Shown piece after piece: positions 36,353-46,817 of a stretch of 64,000 bases of DNA (positions within the stretch are counted from its first letter, which is position 1; each line of letters opens with the position of its first letter). Source of the DNA: an uncultured Pelagibacteraceae bacterium (lineage in GTDB: Bacteria; Pseudomonadota; Alphaproteobacteria; Pelagibacterales; Pelagibacteraceae). The translations under genes were made by a program, and so were the position numbers. Where the stretch lies: assembly GCA_902561585.1 (NCBI GenBank), contig CACEQK010000003.1, positions 1,645 to 65,644 of the forward strand. The letters are read 5' to 3'. The notes beneath the pieces are model-generated. The model had not been told where the DNA came from and searched no databases. It was given only the letters and a program-made list of their open reading frames with translations.

Positions 36353-37220
36353 AGTATAATTTTTTTGTTAGTTCTTCAAAATGACTTTGAAAGTAAAAAT
36401 CGTAAGCATTTTCTCCATTTGGATACACTAATGGAAAATTCGGACCTGATTCTAAAAGACGTGGCACTTTTAAAGCTTCCGCTAAAGCATAACCAAAAGA
36501 TAGGTTTCCAATAAATAATTTTGAATTTTTTATTATCATTGACAACTCTAAAAAATCACGACTATCGAAGTATTCGAGGTTATTAATTTTAGTTTTCAAA
36601 TCGTCAAATTCATTTATTAAACCAATAAATACAATATTTTTAAATGATGAAAGGAAAGAATAATCAATGAATTTATTTTGTCTTCTCAAGCTTCTCATTA
36701 TAACAATATAATTTTTAAATTTTTCATGATTATTTACTTCTAAATAATTTTTAGATAAATCAGGAAAACATCCTGTTAAGTGGAAATACCATCTAACAGA
36801 GTCTATGTTAAAATTAATAGGTAGTTCTCTAAAAAAATTAAGATCAACATCAATTTTTTGATTTGAATAAATTTCTACATTTTTCAAATACTCTTGTCGT
36901 TTTAAAAGAGGCAACATTTTCAAGATAGATTTTTCCGTTAAATATACTGAGCCAAATGGATGATTTTTTGAAACAGCGTGTTTTGGTATTAACTTATTTT
37001 TCTGAATATATAAGCTACATTGTTTTTTTTTTGATATTTCTTTTATTGTGGGTAAGGAATTTATGATATCACCTAAATGACCATAATGAAGAAATGAGAT
37101 TTCATCTTTCGTCTGAACAATATTTTGAAATTCTTCAATTTTAGGTAAAGTATAACTTTTATATATTTCTTCTTTAATCTTTGATTTTTTTTTTAAAAAG
37201 TTTTTAAAAAATTTTCTCAC
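36345..37220 (-). CDS. Hypothetical GT9-like glycosyltransferase
   Basis: GHLGDII and LFIGNLS....LAEAL.VP motifs. Confidence 0.5.
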   Translation of the reverse strand: MRKFFKNFLKKKSKIKEEIYKSYTLPKIEEFQNIVQTKDEISFLHYGHLGDIINSLPTIKEISKKKQCSLYIQKNKLIPKHAVSKNHPFGSVYLTEKSILKMLPLLKRQEYLKNVEIYSNQKIDVDLNFFRELPINFNIDSVRWYFHLTGCFPDLSKNYLEVNNHEKFKNYIVIMRSLRRQNKFIDYSFLSSFKNIVFIGLINEFDDLKTKINNLEYFDSRDFLELSMIIKNSKLFIGNLSFGYALAEALKVPRLLESGPNFPLVYPNGENAYDFYFQSHFEELTKKLYFK

Positions 37221-37232
37221 TATAAAAAAACT

Positions 37233-38216
37233 TTAATAACCCTCTTTTTCAACAAATTCCAGGTCAGCACGTACCATGTCTTCAACAAGTTTTTTAAAAT
37301 CATATTTTGGTTTCCAGTTTAGGCTTTTTTTAGCTTTTCTACAATCTCCTAATAATGTTTCAACTTCAGAGGGTCTGTAAAGTGATTTTTCAACTTTAAC
37401 ATAATTTTTATAATCCAAATCTACTAACTGAAATGCAAGTTTTGTAAAATCTTTAACCGAATAATGTTTTCCGGTGCTAATGACAAAATCATCTGGTTTT
37501 TTTTGATTTAACATTAGCCACATTGCTTCGACATAATCTTTCGCATGACCCCAATCTCTTTTTGCATTTATGTTACCAAGTTTTAAGTCTTTTTGTAATC
37601 CAAACTTTATTCTAGCTACCGAGTGAGTTATTTTTCTTGTTACAAATTCAAATCCTCTTCTTGGCGACTCATGATTAAATAAAATACCGCTACAGCAAAA
37701 CAAATTATAAGCTTCTCTATAATTTCTTGTTAAATCAAATCCCGCAACTTTTGAAATTCCATAAACAGATCGAGGATAAAAAGGTGTTTTTTCTGTTTGA
37801 GGAATTTGTCTTACTTTACCAAACATTTCAGAAGATCCAGCGAAATAGAATTTAGTTTTAGGAGAAAACTCTTTAATTGCAGACAATAAAAAGTGTGTGC
37901 CATTTATATTAGTGTTAATTGTTGAGAATTCGTCTTTGAATGCATAATCTATGTAGCTTTGAGCACCTAAGTGATATATTTCGTTAGGTTTAACTTTGGT
38001 TATTATATTGATTATACTTGCATAACTTTCTAAAGAGCCTGCATGTATTGTAATTTTATTTCTAAGATGTCTTAATCTCCAAAATCTATGAGACTCGTCT
38101 TCTGTAGCAACTCTTCTTACTATTCCATGAACTTTATATCCTTTTTTTAATAAAAATTCTGATAAGTAAGATCCATCTTGGCCAGTTATTCCAGTTATAA
38201 GAGCAGATTTTTTCAT
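37233..38216 (-). CDS. gmd: GDP-mannose 4,6-dehydratase
   Basis: ITGITGQDGSYL, SSEMFG, GILFNHESPRRG.EFVTRKI, RDWGHAKDYV. Confidence 0.95.
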   Translation of the reverse strand: MKKSALITGITGQDGSYLSEFLLKKGYKVHGIVRRVATEDESHRFWRLRHLRNKITIHAGSLESYASIINIITKVKPNEIYHLGAQSYIDYAFKDEFSTINTNINGTHFLLSAIKEFSPKTKFYFAGSSEMFGKVRQIPQTEKTPFYPRSVYGISKVAGFDLTRNYREAYNLFCCSGILFNHESPRRGFEFVTRKITHSVARIKFGLQKDLKLGNINAKRDWGHAKDYVEAMWLMLNQKKPDDFVISTGKHYSVKDFTKLAFQLVDLDYKNYVKVEKSLYRPSEVETLLGDCRKAKKSLNWKPKYDFKKLVEDMVRADLEFVEKEGY

Positions 38217-38269
38217 GTATATATTCTAATGTATATTTATAAAAAGTTCTAAATAACTATAATATTATT

Positions 38270-39370
38270 TTGACTAATTCTATAAAAAAGAAATTATTAC
38301 ATGGCTTTAAAAGCTTAGGATATTACGCACTATCTTTACTTCATGGAAAAATTGAAGGTATCATTGACATAGAGAACCATTCATCGATAAAAACGTTCAC
38401 TAAAAAATTTGATAAAGAATTAAATTATATAATTTATGAAATAGATAATTGTAGAATATACACAGATACTGTTACAGACACTGCCTTTATAATCGAAAAT
38501 AAATTAATTAAAGGTCCATCTTTTCAACACAGAAATCCTAAAAATGCTGATATAACAGAAAATGTCGTTATTCAAAAAGGAACACCAAAATTAAAAAAAA
38601 GATTAAAAGGATCAGTATTGTCATTATTAACTGGTGGTGGAGGCAATTCAAACTATTGGCATTGGTTGTTTGATGTATTACCTAGAATAAAAATTTTAGA
38701 TGGAATTAAAAAATTAGATGAAATTAATTTCTTTTTATTGCCAGATAATAAAAAAAAATTTCAAAAGGAAAGTTTAGATTTACTTAATATTCCAAAAAAA
38801 AAAATAATCTCTAGTATTAATTTTAGACATATAGTTGCTGACAAAGTCATAGCTGTGGATCACCCTTATGTAATTAAAAATGATCCATCAAATGAAATAC
38901 AAAATATACCAATTTGGATAATTGAATATTTGAGAAATAGTTTTAAGAGTAAGACTAATAACAAAAAATTTCCTAAAAAAATTTATATAGATAGAAGAGA
39001 CGCTACATCCAATCATCGACACTTAAGAAAGATTTTAAACGAAAATGAAGTAAAAAATTTCCTTTTAAAAAAAGGATATTCTATAATCGCGCTTAGTGAA
39101 TTAAGTTTTGATGATCAGGTCAACTTATTCTCCAATGCTTCCAATATAATTGGATTACATGGAGCTGGTTTTGCAAATTTAGTATTTTGTGAACCAGGTA
39201 CAAAAGTTTTAGAATTAAAATCAAAGAATGCAGGATTTATGTATGCTAATTTAGCAAAAAAAGTAAGTCTGCAATATAACGATATATCAATCAGATCAAT
39301 CGATGACTCAAATAATCAGCAAGGTCTGATAAATGTACCTATTAATTTGTTAGAAAAAAAAATAAGTTAA
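38270..39370 (+). CDS. GT61/DUF563-family glycosyltransferase
   Basis: NYWHWLFDVLPR, IYIDR, R.ILNE, GLHGAGFAN. Confidence 0.8.
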   Translation: MTNSIKKKLLHGFKSLGYYALSLLHGKIEGIIDIENHSSIKTFTKKFDKELNYIIYEIDNCRIYTDTVTDTAFIIENKLIKGPSFQHRNPKNADITENVVIQKGTPKLKKRLKGSVLSLLTGGGGNSNYWHWLFDVLPRIKILDGIKKLDEINFFLLPDNKKKFQKESLDLLNIPKKKIISSINFRHIVADKVIAVDHPYVIKNDPSNEIQNIPIWIIEYLRNSFKSKTNNKKFPKKIYIDRRDATSNHRHLRKILNENEVKNFLLKKGYSIIALSELSFDDQVNLFSNASNIIGLHGAGFANLVFCEPGTKVLELKSKNAGFMYANLAKKVSLQYNDISIRSIDDSNNQQGLINVPINLLEKKIS

Positions 39371-39389
39371 TGATATAAACATTTTTTTT

Positions 39390-39466
39390 GGCGAGGTAGC
39401 TCAGTTGGTTAGAGCACAGGACTCATAAGCCTGGGGTCGGCGGTTCGAATCCGCCCCTCGCTACCA
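39390..39466 (+). tRNA. tRNA-Met (CAT), elongator type
   Basis: Full cloverleaf GGCGAGG...CTCATAA...TTCGAAT...CCTCGCTACCA; no C1:A72 mismatch and no triple G-C anticodon stem of initiator tRNA. Confidence 0.92.
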
Positions 39467-39472
39467 AATTTT

Positions 39473-40303
39473 ATGAAAAATATTTCAATGTTTTGCTTAA
39501 CACTTGATCCTGAACATGAAAAATTGATAAATAATTTATCTTACATACCAGTTGGTCTTGGAAATAAAAATTTTTCTAAACACTGCTTCAATGATAAAAC
39601 AGGAGAAAATATCTCACTTAAAAACCCATATTACGGTGAATATACATTTCACTATTGGATTTGGAAAAATTATCTAGATAAAATCAAAACGCAATGGGTT
39701 GGTTTTTGTCAATATAGAAAATTTTTTGTTAAAGATCATCAAATGAATAATCATTTGAGCTTTGATATTCTAAAAAAAATACTTATTAATGACGAAGATT
39801 TAAAAAATGAAAAATTTGAATGTATTTTGGGAAAAAAATTTTCAGTTGAAAATTACAAATTATCAAAAATTATAAAAAATCACTTAAAAGAATTTTTAAA
39901 AAAACCTAGTTTAATTTTTAACAAAAAAAAAAGAAGTTTAAAGTTTCATTTTGATTTATTTCACGGAAAAGGAAATTTGGATTTAGCTATTGATAAATTA
40001 GATATAAGAAACAGACAAGATTTTAAAGATTATATGAATTTTAAAACTGAATTTAACCCACATAATATGTTTATTTGCAAAACAAATATATTAAAAAATT
40101 ATTATGAAATTGTTTTTCCATGGTTAGAAAAATGTGAGGAAATTTTTGGCTTTAAAAAATTAAATAATTATGGAACCAAAAGAATTTATGGTTTTTTAGC
40201 GGAAAGATTTCTATCTTATTGGTTTACCAAAAATTATAATTTCAAGGAATTAAATATTTTAGTGAAAGATCTGTCTGATTATAAAAATTTAAAAGTTTTG
40301 TAA
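39473..40303 (+). CDS. DUF4422-family protein (glycan biosynthesis)
   Basis: DKTGENIS.KNPYYGEYT..YWIWKN, GFCQYR, NMFI, GFLAER. Confidence 0.8.
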   Translation: MKNISMFCLTLDPEHEKLINNLSYIPVGLGNKNFSKHCFNDKTGENISLKNPYYGEYTFHYWIWKNYLDKIKTQWVGFCQYRKFFVKDHQMNNHLSFDILKKILINDEDLKNEKFECILGKKFSVENYKLSKIIKNHLKEFLKKPSLIFNKKKRSLKFHFDLFHGKGNLDLAIDKLDIRNRQDFKDYMNFKTEFNPHNMFICKTNILKNYYEIVFPWLEKCEEIFGFKKLNNYGTKRIYGFLAERFLSYWFTKNYNFKELNILVKDLSDYKNLKVL

Positions 40304-40812
40304 AAACTTTTTAATGATTTTAATTTGTTATCTTTTTTTGATATATATAATTTTTTTCTGGGCCATTTAATTTTAAGATCTTTATCCATTAAATTAATTC
40401 CACTTTCAAACATAGGTTTATAGTAATTTGTTAGCTTATAGTAAACTATGTTAATTTTTTCATAGCTAAAATAAGCATGCGCAAAGCCTTCTGGTATATA
40501 AAGACTAAGACAGTTTTTATCAGATAAAACTATTTTATACATTTTACCAAATGTTTTTGAATTTTTTCTAAGATCAATAACAAAATCTAAGATTTTTCCC
40601 TTTAACACACTTACAAATTTAGCTTGCTGGTATTTATATTGAAAATGAAAACCCCTCAGAGCATTTCTTTTTGATGTAGTGCAATATTCAAATATAAAGT
40701 TTTTTTTTAATGTTTTCTTATTAAAAGTTTCTCTTAGATTTCCTCTTTCATCAGAATTATTTTTTTGTTTTATAATTAACAAATCTTTAAATTTAGTTTT
40801 AATAATTTTCAT
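40279..40812 (-). CDS. rfbC: dTDP-4-dehydrorhamnose 3,5-epimerase
   Basis: DERG...E, LRGFHFQ, DLRKNS.TFG, IPEGFAH. Confidence 0.88.
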   Translation of the reverse strand: MKIIKTKFKDLLIIKQKNNSDERGNLRETFNKKTLKKNFIFEYCTTSKRNALRGFHFQYKYQQAKFVSVLKGKILDFVIDLRKNSKTFGKMYKIVLSDKNCLSLYIPEGFAHAYFSYEKINIVYYKLTNYYKPMFESGINLMDKDLKIKWPRKKLYISKKDNKLKSLKSFYKTFKFL

Positions 40813-41510
40813 TTTTCAATAAGCTGATTTACTTTTTTCAAACTCATATAGATATTTAAAGGCAATTCTCCCTTTGATTTTTTCTTTTTTACTTTTTGAT
40901 TATATTTTTTTGCAAAACTATATATAGATTGGGATTTTCCACCTAAGTTCAAAACACCTTTATATTTTAGTACTTTTAAAAATATTTTGATAAATTCATC
41001 GTGAAAAATAAAATTACATTTAACATTGTTAAAAGCATACTTATGCAGAAATGGTTTTTCTGTCATGCAAGCTCTAATAATCAAAGAATTTTTATACATT
41101 TGAACTGCAGATTCAGCTCCAAGTTTGGACCAACCATAATTATTCCACGGCAGCAAAGGATCATCTTCCTTATAATTTCCTTTATTTCCAGGATATAAAT
41201 AACTAGTAGATAAAAAAATAATTTTAATATTATTTTTACTACAAGCTTTTACTAAATTAGCTGTTCCTATTATATTTAAGTCAATACTTAAATTTATATT
41301 TTTTTCATGTATTGACATTGGCCTTGATAATCCACCTAAGTGTATAACAGCATCAGGTTTATATTTTCTTAATTTTCTTTCAATTGATTTATAGGATAAA
41401 ATATTAAATTCTTTTTTATTTTTAAAAAAAAAATTATATTTACTTTTTGTTTTTCTTAATTCTTTTGCAAATCTTCCTTCACCACCAGTAACTATGATTT
41501 TTTTTAACAT
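40809..41510 (-). CDS. RmlD-like NDP-sugar reductase (short, divergent)
   Basis: ST.Y.Y, YKE.D..P.N.YGWSKLG.E (YxxxK); position within the rml operon. Confidence 0.65.
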   Translation of the reverse strand: MLKKIIVTGGEGRFAKELRKTKSKYNFFFKNKKEFNILSYKSIERKLRKYKPDAVIHLGGLSRPMSIHEKNINLSIDLNIIGTANLVKACSKNNIKIIFLSTSYLYPGNKGNYKEDDPLLPWNNYGWSKLGAESAVQMYKNSLIIRACMTEKPFLHKYAFNNVKCNFIFHDEFIKIFLKVLKYKGVLNLGGKSQSIYSFAKKYNQKVKKKKSKGELPLNIYMSLKKVNQLIEK

Positions 41511-42380
41511 TTATTTAATTAATTTTTTAAGGTAATTAGAGTAATTACAATTTCCATAAAATCCTACAGCATCTTTAATTTCTTTTTTATTTATCCAATT
41601 ATTTTTAAAGGCTATTTCTTCTAAACAAGCTATTTTAAATCCCTGCCTATTTTCTAAAGTTGAGACAAAGTTTGAAGTGTTATAATAATCATCAATTGAA
41701 CCGGTATCAAGCCATGCTCCTCCTCTACCTAAATATTCTGCACTCAGTTTATTTTTTCTTTTATACTTGTTTAGAAGATCTACAATTTCTAACTCATTTC
41801 TTTTTGATGGTTTAAGAGATTTACTATAATTGACGGCTTTGTTATCAAAAAAATAAAGACCTGTAATAGCTAAATTTGATTTTGAATTTTTTGGTTTTTC
41901 TTTAATTGAAACAATTTTTCTTTTTTTATTTGTAGTCGCTATTCCAAAAAGCTCTGGTTTGTTGACCGGATGTACTAAAATTTTACAACCAGACTTTAAA
42001 TTTAAACATTTCTTTAGTTTTTTTGTTAAACTTTGACCATAAAAAAAATTATCCCCTAATATTAATGCTATATTGTCTTTTTTTATAAATTTTTCACCTA
42101 ATATAAATGCATCTGGTAATCCTTTAGGATTAAATTGTTCTGCATAACTTAATTTTATTCCAAATCTTGAGCCATCTTTTAATAGATGTTTGAATTGAGT
42201 TAGTTGACCTTTATTAACAATAATTAAAATATCTTTAATACCTGCTAACATCAAAACTGATAGAGGATAATAAATTAATGGTTTATCATAAATTGGTAAC
42301 AATTGTTTATTTATTCCTATAGTAAGAGGGCTCATCCTTGTTCCACGTCCACCCGCTAAAATAATTCCTTTTTTTATCAT
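41511..42380 (-). CDS. rfbA: Glucose-1-phosphate thymidylyltransferase
   Basis: GIILAGGRGTR, KQLLPIYDKP, LGDNFFYG, WLDTG. Confidence 0.93.
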   Translation of the reverse strand: MIKKGIILAGGRGTRMSPLTIGINKQLLPIYDKPLIYYPLSVLMLAGIKDILIIVNKGQLTQFKHLLKDGSRFGIKLSYAEQFNPKGLPDAFILGEKFIKKDNIALILGDNFFYGQSLTKKLKKCLNLKSGCKILVHPVNKPELFGIATTNKKRKIVSIKEKPKNSKSNLAITGLYFFDNKAVNYSKSLKPSKRNELEIVDLLNKYKRKNKLSAEYLGRGGAWLDTGSIDDYYNTSNFVSTLENRQGFKIACLEEIAFKNNWINKKEIKDAVGFYGNCNYSNYLKKLIK

Positions 42381-43399
42381 GTATTCAAACCTAATCTTTT
42401 AAAAAAATTTTTTTTAGAAAATAAATTAAAAAATTTATAATTTTCAAGATACCAATCAAAGGTATCCTCTAAACCCTTTTCAAATTTTATTTTAGATTTC
42501 CATTTTAATTTCCGCATAATTTTTTGACTATTCAGTGCATATCTTAGATCATGTCCTGGTCTATCTTTTACAAACTTTATTCTAACTTTTTTTCCAAGTC
42601 TTATTTTTTTTTTTACTATTCTTAATAAAAGTTTGGTTAAATTAAGATTATTAATATTTATTCCTGTACCAATATTGTAACTTTCACCAATTTTACCTTT
42701 TTTAAAGATTGTGAATAATCCTCTACAATGATCATCCACATGTATCCATTCTCTTGAATTTTCCCCTTTTCCATAAATTGGTAAAGAATTATTATTCAAA
42801 ATATTAAAAATTAAAGTTGGAATTAATTTTTCTGGATATTGGCCAGGGCCAAAATTATTACAACAGTTAGATATCACTGAGTCTAATTTATAAGTTCTTA
42901 CATAAGATTTTATTAAATGATCAGCGCTTGCTTTACTTGCTGAATATGGCGAGCTAGGTTTATAAGCACTTTTTTCTGAAGAACTTTCTTTTTCTTTCAA
43001 ATCTCCATAAACCTCATCTGTTGATATATGAACAAGTCTTATATCTTTTTTTATTTTTTTTTTATATTTTCTTAATTGTTCTAAAATATTGAAAACCCCA
43101 TTAATATTTGAGTGAATAAAGTCTTTAGGTTTCTCAATTGATCTATCAACATGAGTTTCTGCAGCTAGGTTAAAAATTACTTCTGGCTTATATTTTTTTA
43201 AAATATTGAATATTTTAATACTATTTATATCTAGATTGAAAAATTTATAATTTTTTCCCTTTCTATCTTTTAGTAAATAAGATCCATTTGAATATTTATT
43301 CTTATCAATATTGATGACAAAATATTTTTTATCTAAAAGAAATTTGATTAAATTACTTCCAATAAAACCGTTTCCTCCAGTGACAATAGCTTTTTTCAT
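42377..43399 (-). CDS. rfbB: dTDP-glucose 4,6-dehydratase
   Basis: GFIGSN, AAETHVDRS, STDEVYG, PYSASKA, DRPGHD.RY. Confidence 0.93.
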   Translation of the reverse strand: MKKAIVTGGNGFIGSNLIKFLLDKKYFVINIDKNKYSNGSYLLKDRKGKNYKFFNLDINSIKIFNILKKYKPEVIFNLAAETHVDRSIEKPKDFIHSNINGVFNILEQLRKYKKKIKKDIRLVHISTDEVYGDLKEKESSSEKSAYKPSSPYSASKASADHLIKSYVRTYKLDSVISNCCNNFGPGQYPEKLIPTLIFNILNNNSLPIYGKGENSREWIHVDDHCRGLFTIFKKGKIGESYNIGTGININNLNLTKLLLRIVKKKIRLGKKVRIKFVKDRPGHDLRYALNSQKIMRKLKWKSKIKFEKGLEDTFDWYLENYKFFNLFSKKNFFKRLGLNT

Positions 43400-43477
43400 T
43401 AAAAATTAATTTTGAGAGACATTTATTTATAATGTAATAAGATAGATGTTTAGGTAAATCAATAATTTATAATACTT

Positions 43478-44329
43478 ATGAGTTACGATAAAATTACTGT
43501 AGTAATTAATACTTTTAACAGTGAAGATAAAATTCGACAATGTTTAAATTCGATAGATACGAGTGTAAAGATTATAATTATTGAAAATTCGAATAACTTA
43601 AGTTTTAAAGATGAAATAGAAAAAGAATTTTCTAATGTAAATTGTTTTCTTTCTGGCCAAAATCTTGGATATGCAAAGGGAAATAATTTTGGCTTATCTA
43701 AAGTTAAAAGTGATTATGCGTTAATTTTAAATCCAGATGCGTTTTTAGAGAAAGGCACTTTAGATAGACTGCTATCTACTGCTGATAAATTTAAAGATTT
43801 TTCAATTATTGGACCAGCAAAACAAGACGAGTTCTCAAATACTGAAAGAAAAAATGATATGGCTGATGTATTTAAAGTGAACACTCTTAAGGGTTTTGCA
43901 ATGTTTCTTAATTTAAAACAATTTGAGGATATTGGTTTTTTTGACGAAAACTTTTTTATTTATTTAGAAGAAATTGATTTATGTAAAAGGCTACTAAAAA
44001 AAAATAAAAAGATATATTTAGATCAGAAAGTCTTGATTAATCATGTGGGAGGCAGCTCTCATAATGAAAACATAAATTTTGAAATGGAGCTCTCAAGAAA
44101 CTGGCATTGGATGTGGTCAACTTTTTACTATAATAAAAAACATTTTGGTTTTATAAATTCTTTAACAAAAGTAAGTGGAAAATTTTTTTCTTCGTTAATT
44201 AAAATGATTTTTTTCACAATTATATTTGAAAGTAAAAAAAGAAAAATATATTTTCAGCGTTTCTCAGGATTATTTAATTCAATAATTGGAAAAAAATCAT
44301 GGTACAGACCAAAAATAATTATAAATTGA
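43478..44329 (+). CDS. GT2 glycosyltransferase (rhamnosyltransferase-like)
   Basis: NLGYAKGNN, LNPD, FDENFFIYLEE.DLC. Confidence 0.85.
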   Translation: MSYDKITVVINTFNSEDKIRQCLNSIDTSVKIIIIENSNNLSFKDEIEKEFSNVNCFLSGQNLGYAKGNNFGLSKVKSDYALILNPDAFLEKGTLDRLLSTADKFKDFSIIGPAKQDEFSNTERKNDMADVFKVNTLKGFAMFLNLKQFEDIGFFDENFFIYLEEIDLCKRLLKKNKKIYLDQKVLINHVGGSSHNENINFEMELSRNWHWMWSTFYYNKKHFGFINSLTKVSGKFFSSLIKMIFFTIIFESKKRKIYFQRFSGLFNSIIGKKSWYRPKIIIN

Positions 44330-44359
44330 TATAAATAGAATTTTATATATAACCCTCAT

Positions 44360-45376
44360 ATGTCTTCAAAAAGTAAAACTATTTTTGTTACTGGAGTTGC
44401 TGGGTTTCTAGGTTCACATCTTTCTGAAAAACTAGTCAATTTAGGTCATAAAGTAATTGGAATAGATAATATGCTAGGCGGATATGAAGACAATGTTCCA
44501 AAAAATATTGAATTTCACAAAGGTGATTGTTGTGATTATGAAAAAATAAAGTCTTTAATGAAAGGCGTAGATGTTGTTTATCACTGTGCTGCTACTGCAC
44601 ATGAAGGTCTTTCTGTTTTTTCACCTTATGAAATTACAAAAAATAATTATTTAGCATCCGTTTCAATATTTTCTGCGGCAGTAAACGAAAAGGTTGAAAG
44701 AATAATTTTTTGCTCTTCAATGGCAAGATACGGTGGTCAAATGACTCCATTTACAGAAGATATGAAACCATCTCCTGTGGATCCATATGCGATATCTAAA
44801 GTAGCAGCTGAAGAGGTATTAAAAAATCTTTGTGAACTAAATAATATTGAGTATGTCATCGCAGTCCCTCATAACATTATTGGGCCAAGACAAAAATATG
44901 ATGATCCATTTAGAAATGTCGTTTCAATTATGATTAATAGAATGATGCAAGGTAAAGCCCCAATAATCTATGGTGATGGAAAACAAACAAGATGTTTTTC
45001 TTATATAGATGATTGTTTAAGCTGCTTAATACCAATGTTAGATCAAAAAGATCTTAATAAACAAATAATTAATATTGGTCCAGATGAAGAATTTGTGACA
45101 ATAAATAAAATTGCGGAAATCTGTGCTAATCTTACTGGAGTAAATTTAAAACCTATTCATAAAAAAGACAGACCTCAAGAAGTAAAGCACGCTACATGTT
45201 CTGCAGATAAAGCCAGAACACTTCTAAATTATAAGACAACAGTTTCATTGCAAGATGGTATAAAAAAAACTTTTGATTACATTAAGAAGAGAGGAACAAG
45301 ACCATTCGATTACAATATAAATATAGAAATAGACAATGAACTAACACCTTCTACTTGGAAGAATAAAGAAATTTAG
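44360..45376 (+). CDS. NAD-dependent sugar epimerase/dehydratase
   Basis: GVAGFLGSH, SSMARYG, PYAISK, IYGDG.QTR.F. Confidence 0.85.
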   Translation: MSSKSKTIFVTGVAGFLGSHLSEKLVNLGHKVIGIDNMLGGYEDNVPKNIEFHKGDCCDYEKIKSLMKGVDVVYHCAATAHEGLSVFSPYEITKNNYLASVSIFSAAVNEKVERIIFCSSMARYGGQMTPFTEDMKPSPVDPYAISKVAAEEVLKNLCELNNIEYVIAVPHNIIGPRQKYDDPFRNVVSIMINRMMQGKAPIIYGDGKQTRCFSYIDDCLSCLIPMLDQKDLNKQIINIGPDEEFVTINKIAEICANLTGVNLKPIHKKDRPQEVKHATCSADKARTLLNYKTTVSLQDGIKKTFDYIKKRGTRPFDYNINIEIDNELTPSTWKNKEI

Positions 45377-45900
45377 TGCCCAGGAAATTCGATTAGACTT
45401 TTAGTAAAATATCCTTTCTTTTTTAAAAGATTATTTCCTGGTAAGTCAAAAAGATTGATTACAAATATAAAACCTGCAACTTTCCCACCAGAAATTTCAA
45501 TAAGTTTACCTGCGGCTTCTGCTGTGCCTCCAGTAGCTATTAAATCATCAATTACTAAAATTTTTTCATTTTTTTCAATCGAGTCTTTATGAACCTCAAT
45601 AGTTGCTTTACCGTACTCAAGCTCAAAATCTATTGAGTGAACTTCAGCGGGTAGTTTATTTTTTTTTCTTAATAAAATAAAAGGTTTATTTAGTTTATAG
45701 GAAACAGTTGAAGCAAAAACAAAACCTCTTGACTCTATAGCAGCGACTTTGTCAAAATCTATTTTTTTAGCAATTTCAATTATTTTATTATTTGTATATT
45801 GAAAAGCCTCGGCATTCTTAATTAAAGTTGTTATATCTCTAAACAAAATTCCCTTTTTAGGATAGTCCGGAATTGATCTAATATGTTTTTTTAAGTCCAT
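45373..45900 (-). CDS. apt: Adenine phosphoribosyltransferase
   Basis: DYPKKGILFRDIT, ESRGF, LEYG, IDDLIATGGT; start at 45900. Confidence 0.95.
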   Translation of the reverse strand: MDLKKHIRSIPDYPKKGILFRDITTLIKNAEAFQYTNNKIIEIAKKIDFDKVAAIESRGFVFASTVSYKLNKPFILLRKKNKLPAEVHSIDFELEYGKATIEVHKDSIEKNEKILVIDDLIATGGTAEAAGKLIEISGGKVAGFIFVINLFDLPGNNLLKKKGYFTKSLIEFPGH

Positions 45901-45943
45901 TATTAACTTCAAGTTCTAACAAAAAAGCATTAAAAATAAAATA

Positions 45944-46813
45944 ATGAAAAATAGAAAGCTTGGGATAATTGGTGGCAGTGGTCTTTATAAAATGGAAGGT
46001 TTTGAAAAAACCAAATGGAAGAAAATTATCACTCCATGGGGAAAACCATCTGATGAAATATTAATTGCAAAATTCGAAATGGAAGAAATTTGTTTTATCC
46101 CAAGACATTCAAGAGGACACAAGATTAACCCAACCAATATCAATTTTAGAGCTAATATTGATGCGATGAAGCAACTAGGTGTTACTGATATAATTTCAGT
46201 TTCTGCAGTTGGATCATTAAAAGAGGAATTAGAGCCAGGAAAGTTTGTAATAGTTGACCAATTTATAGATAGAACCTTTTCAAGAGCAAAAACTTTTTTT
46301 GATGATGAAATTGTTGCACATGTATCAATGGCTAAACCTACTAGTTCTGGTCTATCAGATTGTTGTGAAGCTGCCTTAAAAAAACTCAATATTAATAATC
46401 AGAGAAATGGAACTTATGTAGTAATGGAAGGTCCGCAGTTTTCAACTCTAGCAGAATCCAATCTTTACAGATCATGGGGCGCTGATGTAATTGGAATGAC
46501 TAATATGCCAGAAGCAAAATTAGCTAGGGAGGCAGAAATTAGATACTGCACTGTGGCAATGGTAACTGATTATGATTGTTGGCATCCTGATCATGATGAA
46601 GTCGATGTAAGTATGGTGATTAAAACTTTAATGAAGAATGCTTCTAATGCACAAAACATGATCAAAGAGGTAATAAAAACATTTAAAGATTTCTCTGTTG
46701 AGAAAGATCCGGCAAACAATTGTTTAGATGTCGCTATTATTACAGATCCAAAGTTAAGAACTAAGAAAACAATCAAAAAACTTAAAAATATAGCAGGAAG
46801 AGTTTTTAAATAA
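45944..46813 (+). CDS. mtnP: 5'-methylthioadenosine phosphorylase
   Basis: GIIGGSG, PRH, EGPQFST.AES, GMTNMPEA.LARE, TDYDCW. Confidence 0.93.
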   Translation: MKNRKLGIIGGSGLYKMEGFEKTKWKKIITPWGKPSDEILIAKFEMEEICFIPRHSRGHKINPTNINFRANIDAMKQLGVTDIISVSAVGSLKEELEPGKFVIVDQFIDRTFSRAKTFFDDEIVAHVSMAKPTSSGLSDCCEAALKKLNINNQRNGTYVVMEGPQFSTLAESNLYRSWGADVIGMTNMPEAKLAREAEIRYCTVAMVTDYDCWHPDHDEVDVSMVIKTLMKNASNAQNMIKEVIKTFKDFSVEKDPANNCLDVAIITDPKLRTKKTIKKLKNIAGRVFK

Positions 46814-46817
46814 TTCA

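Noticed and set aside
39390-39466. tRNA as the attachment site of an integrated element
   Set aside because: I saw no integrase and no duplicated tRNA 3' end in the window.
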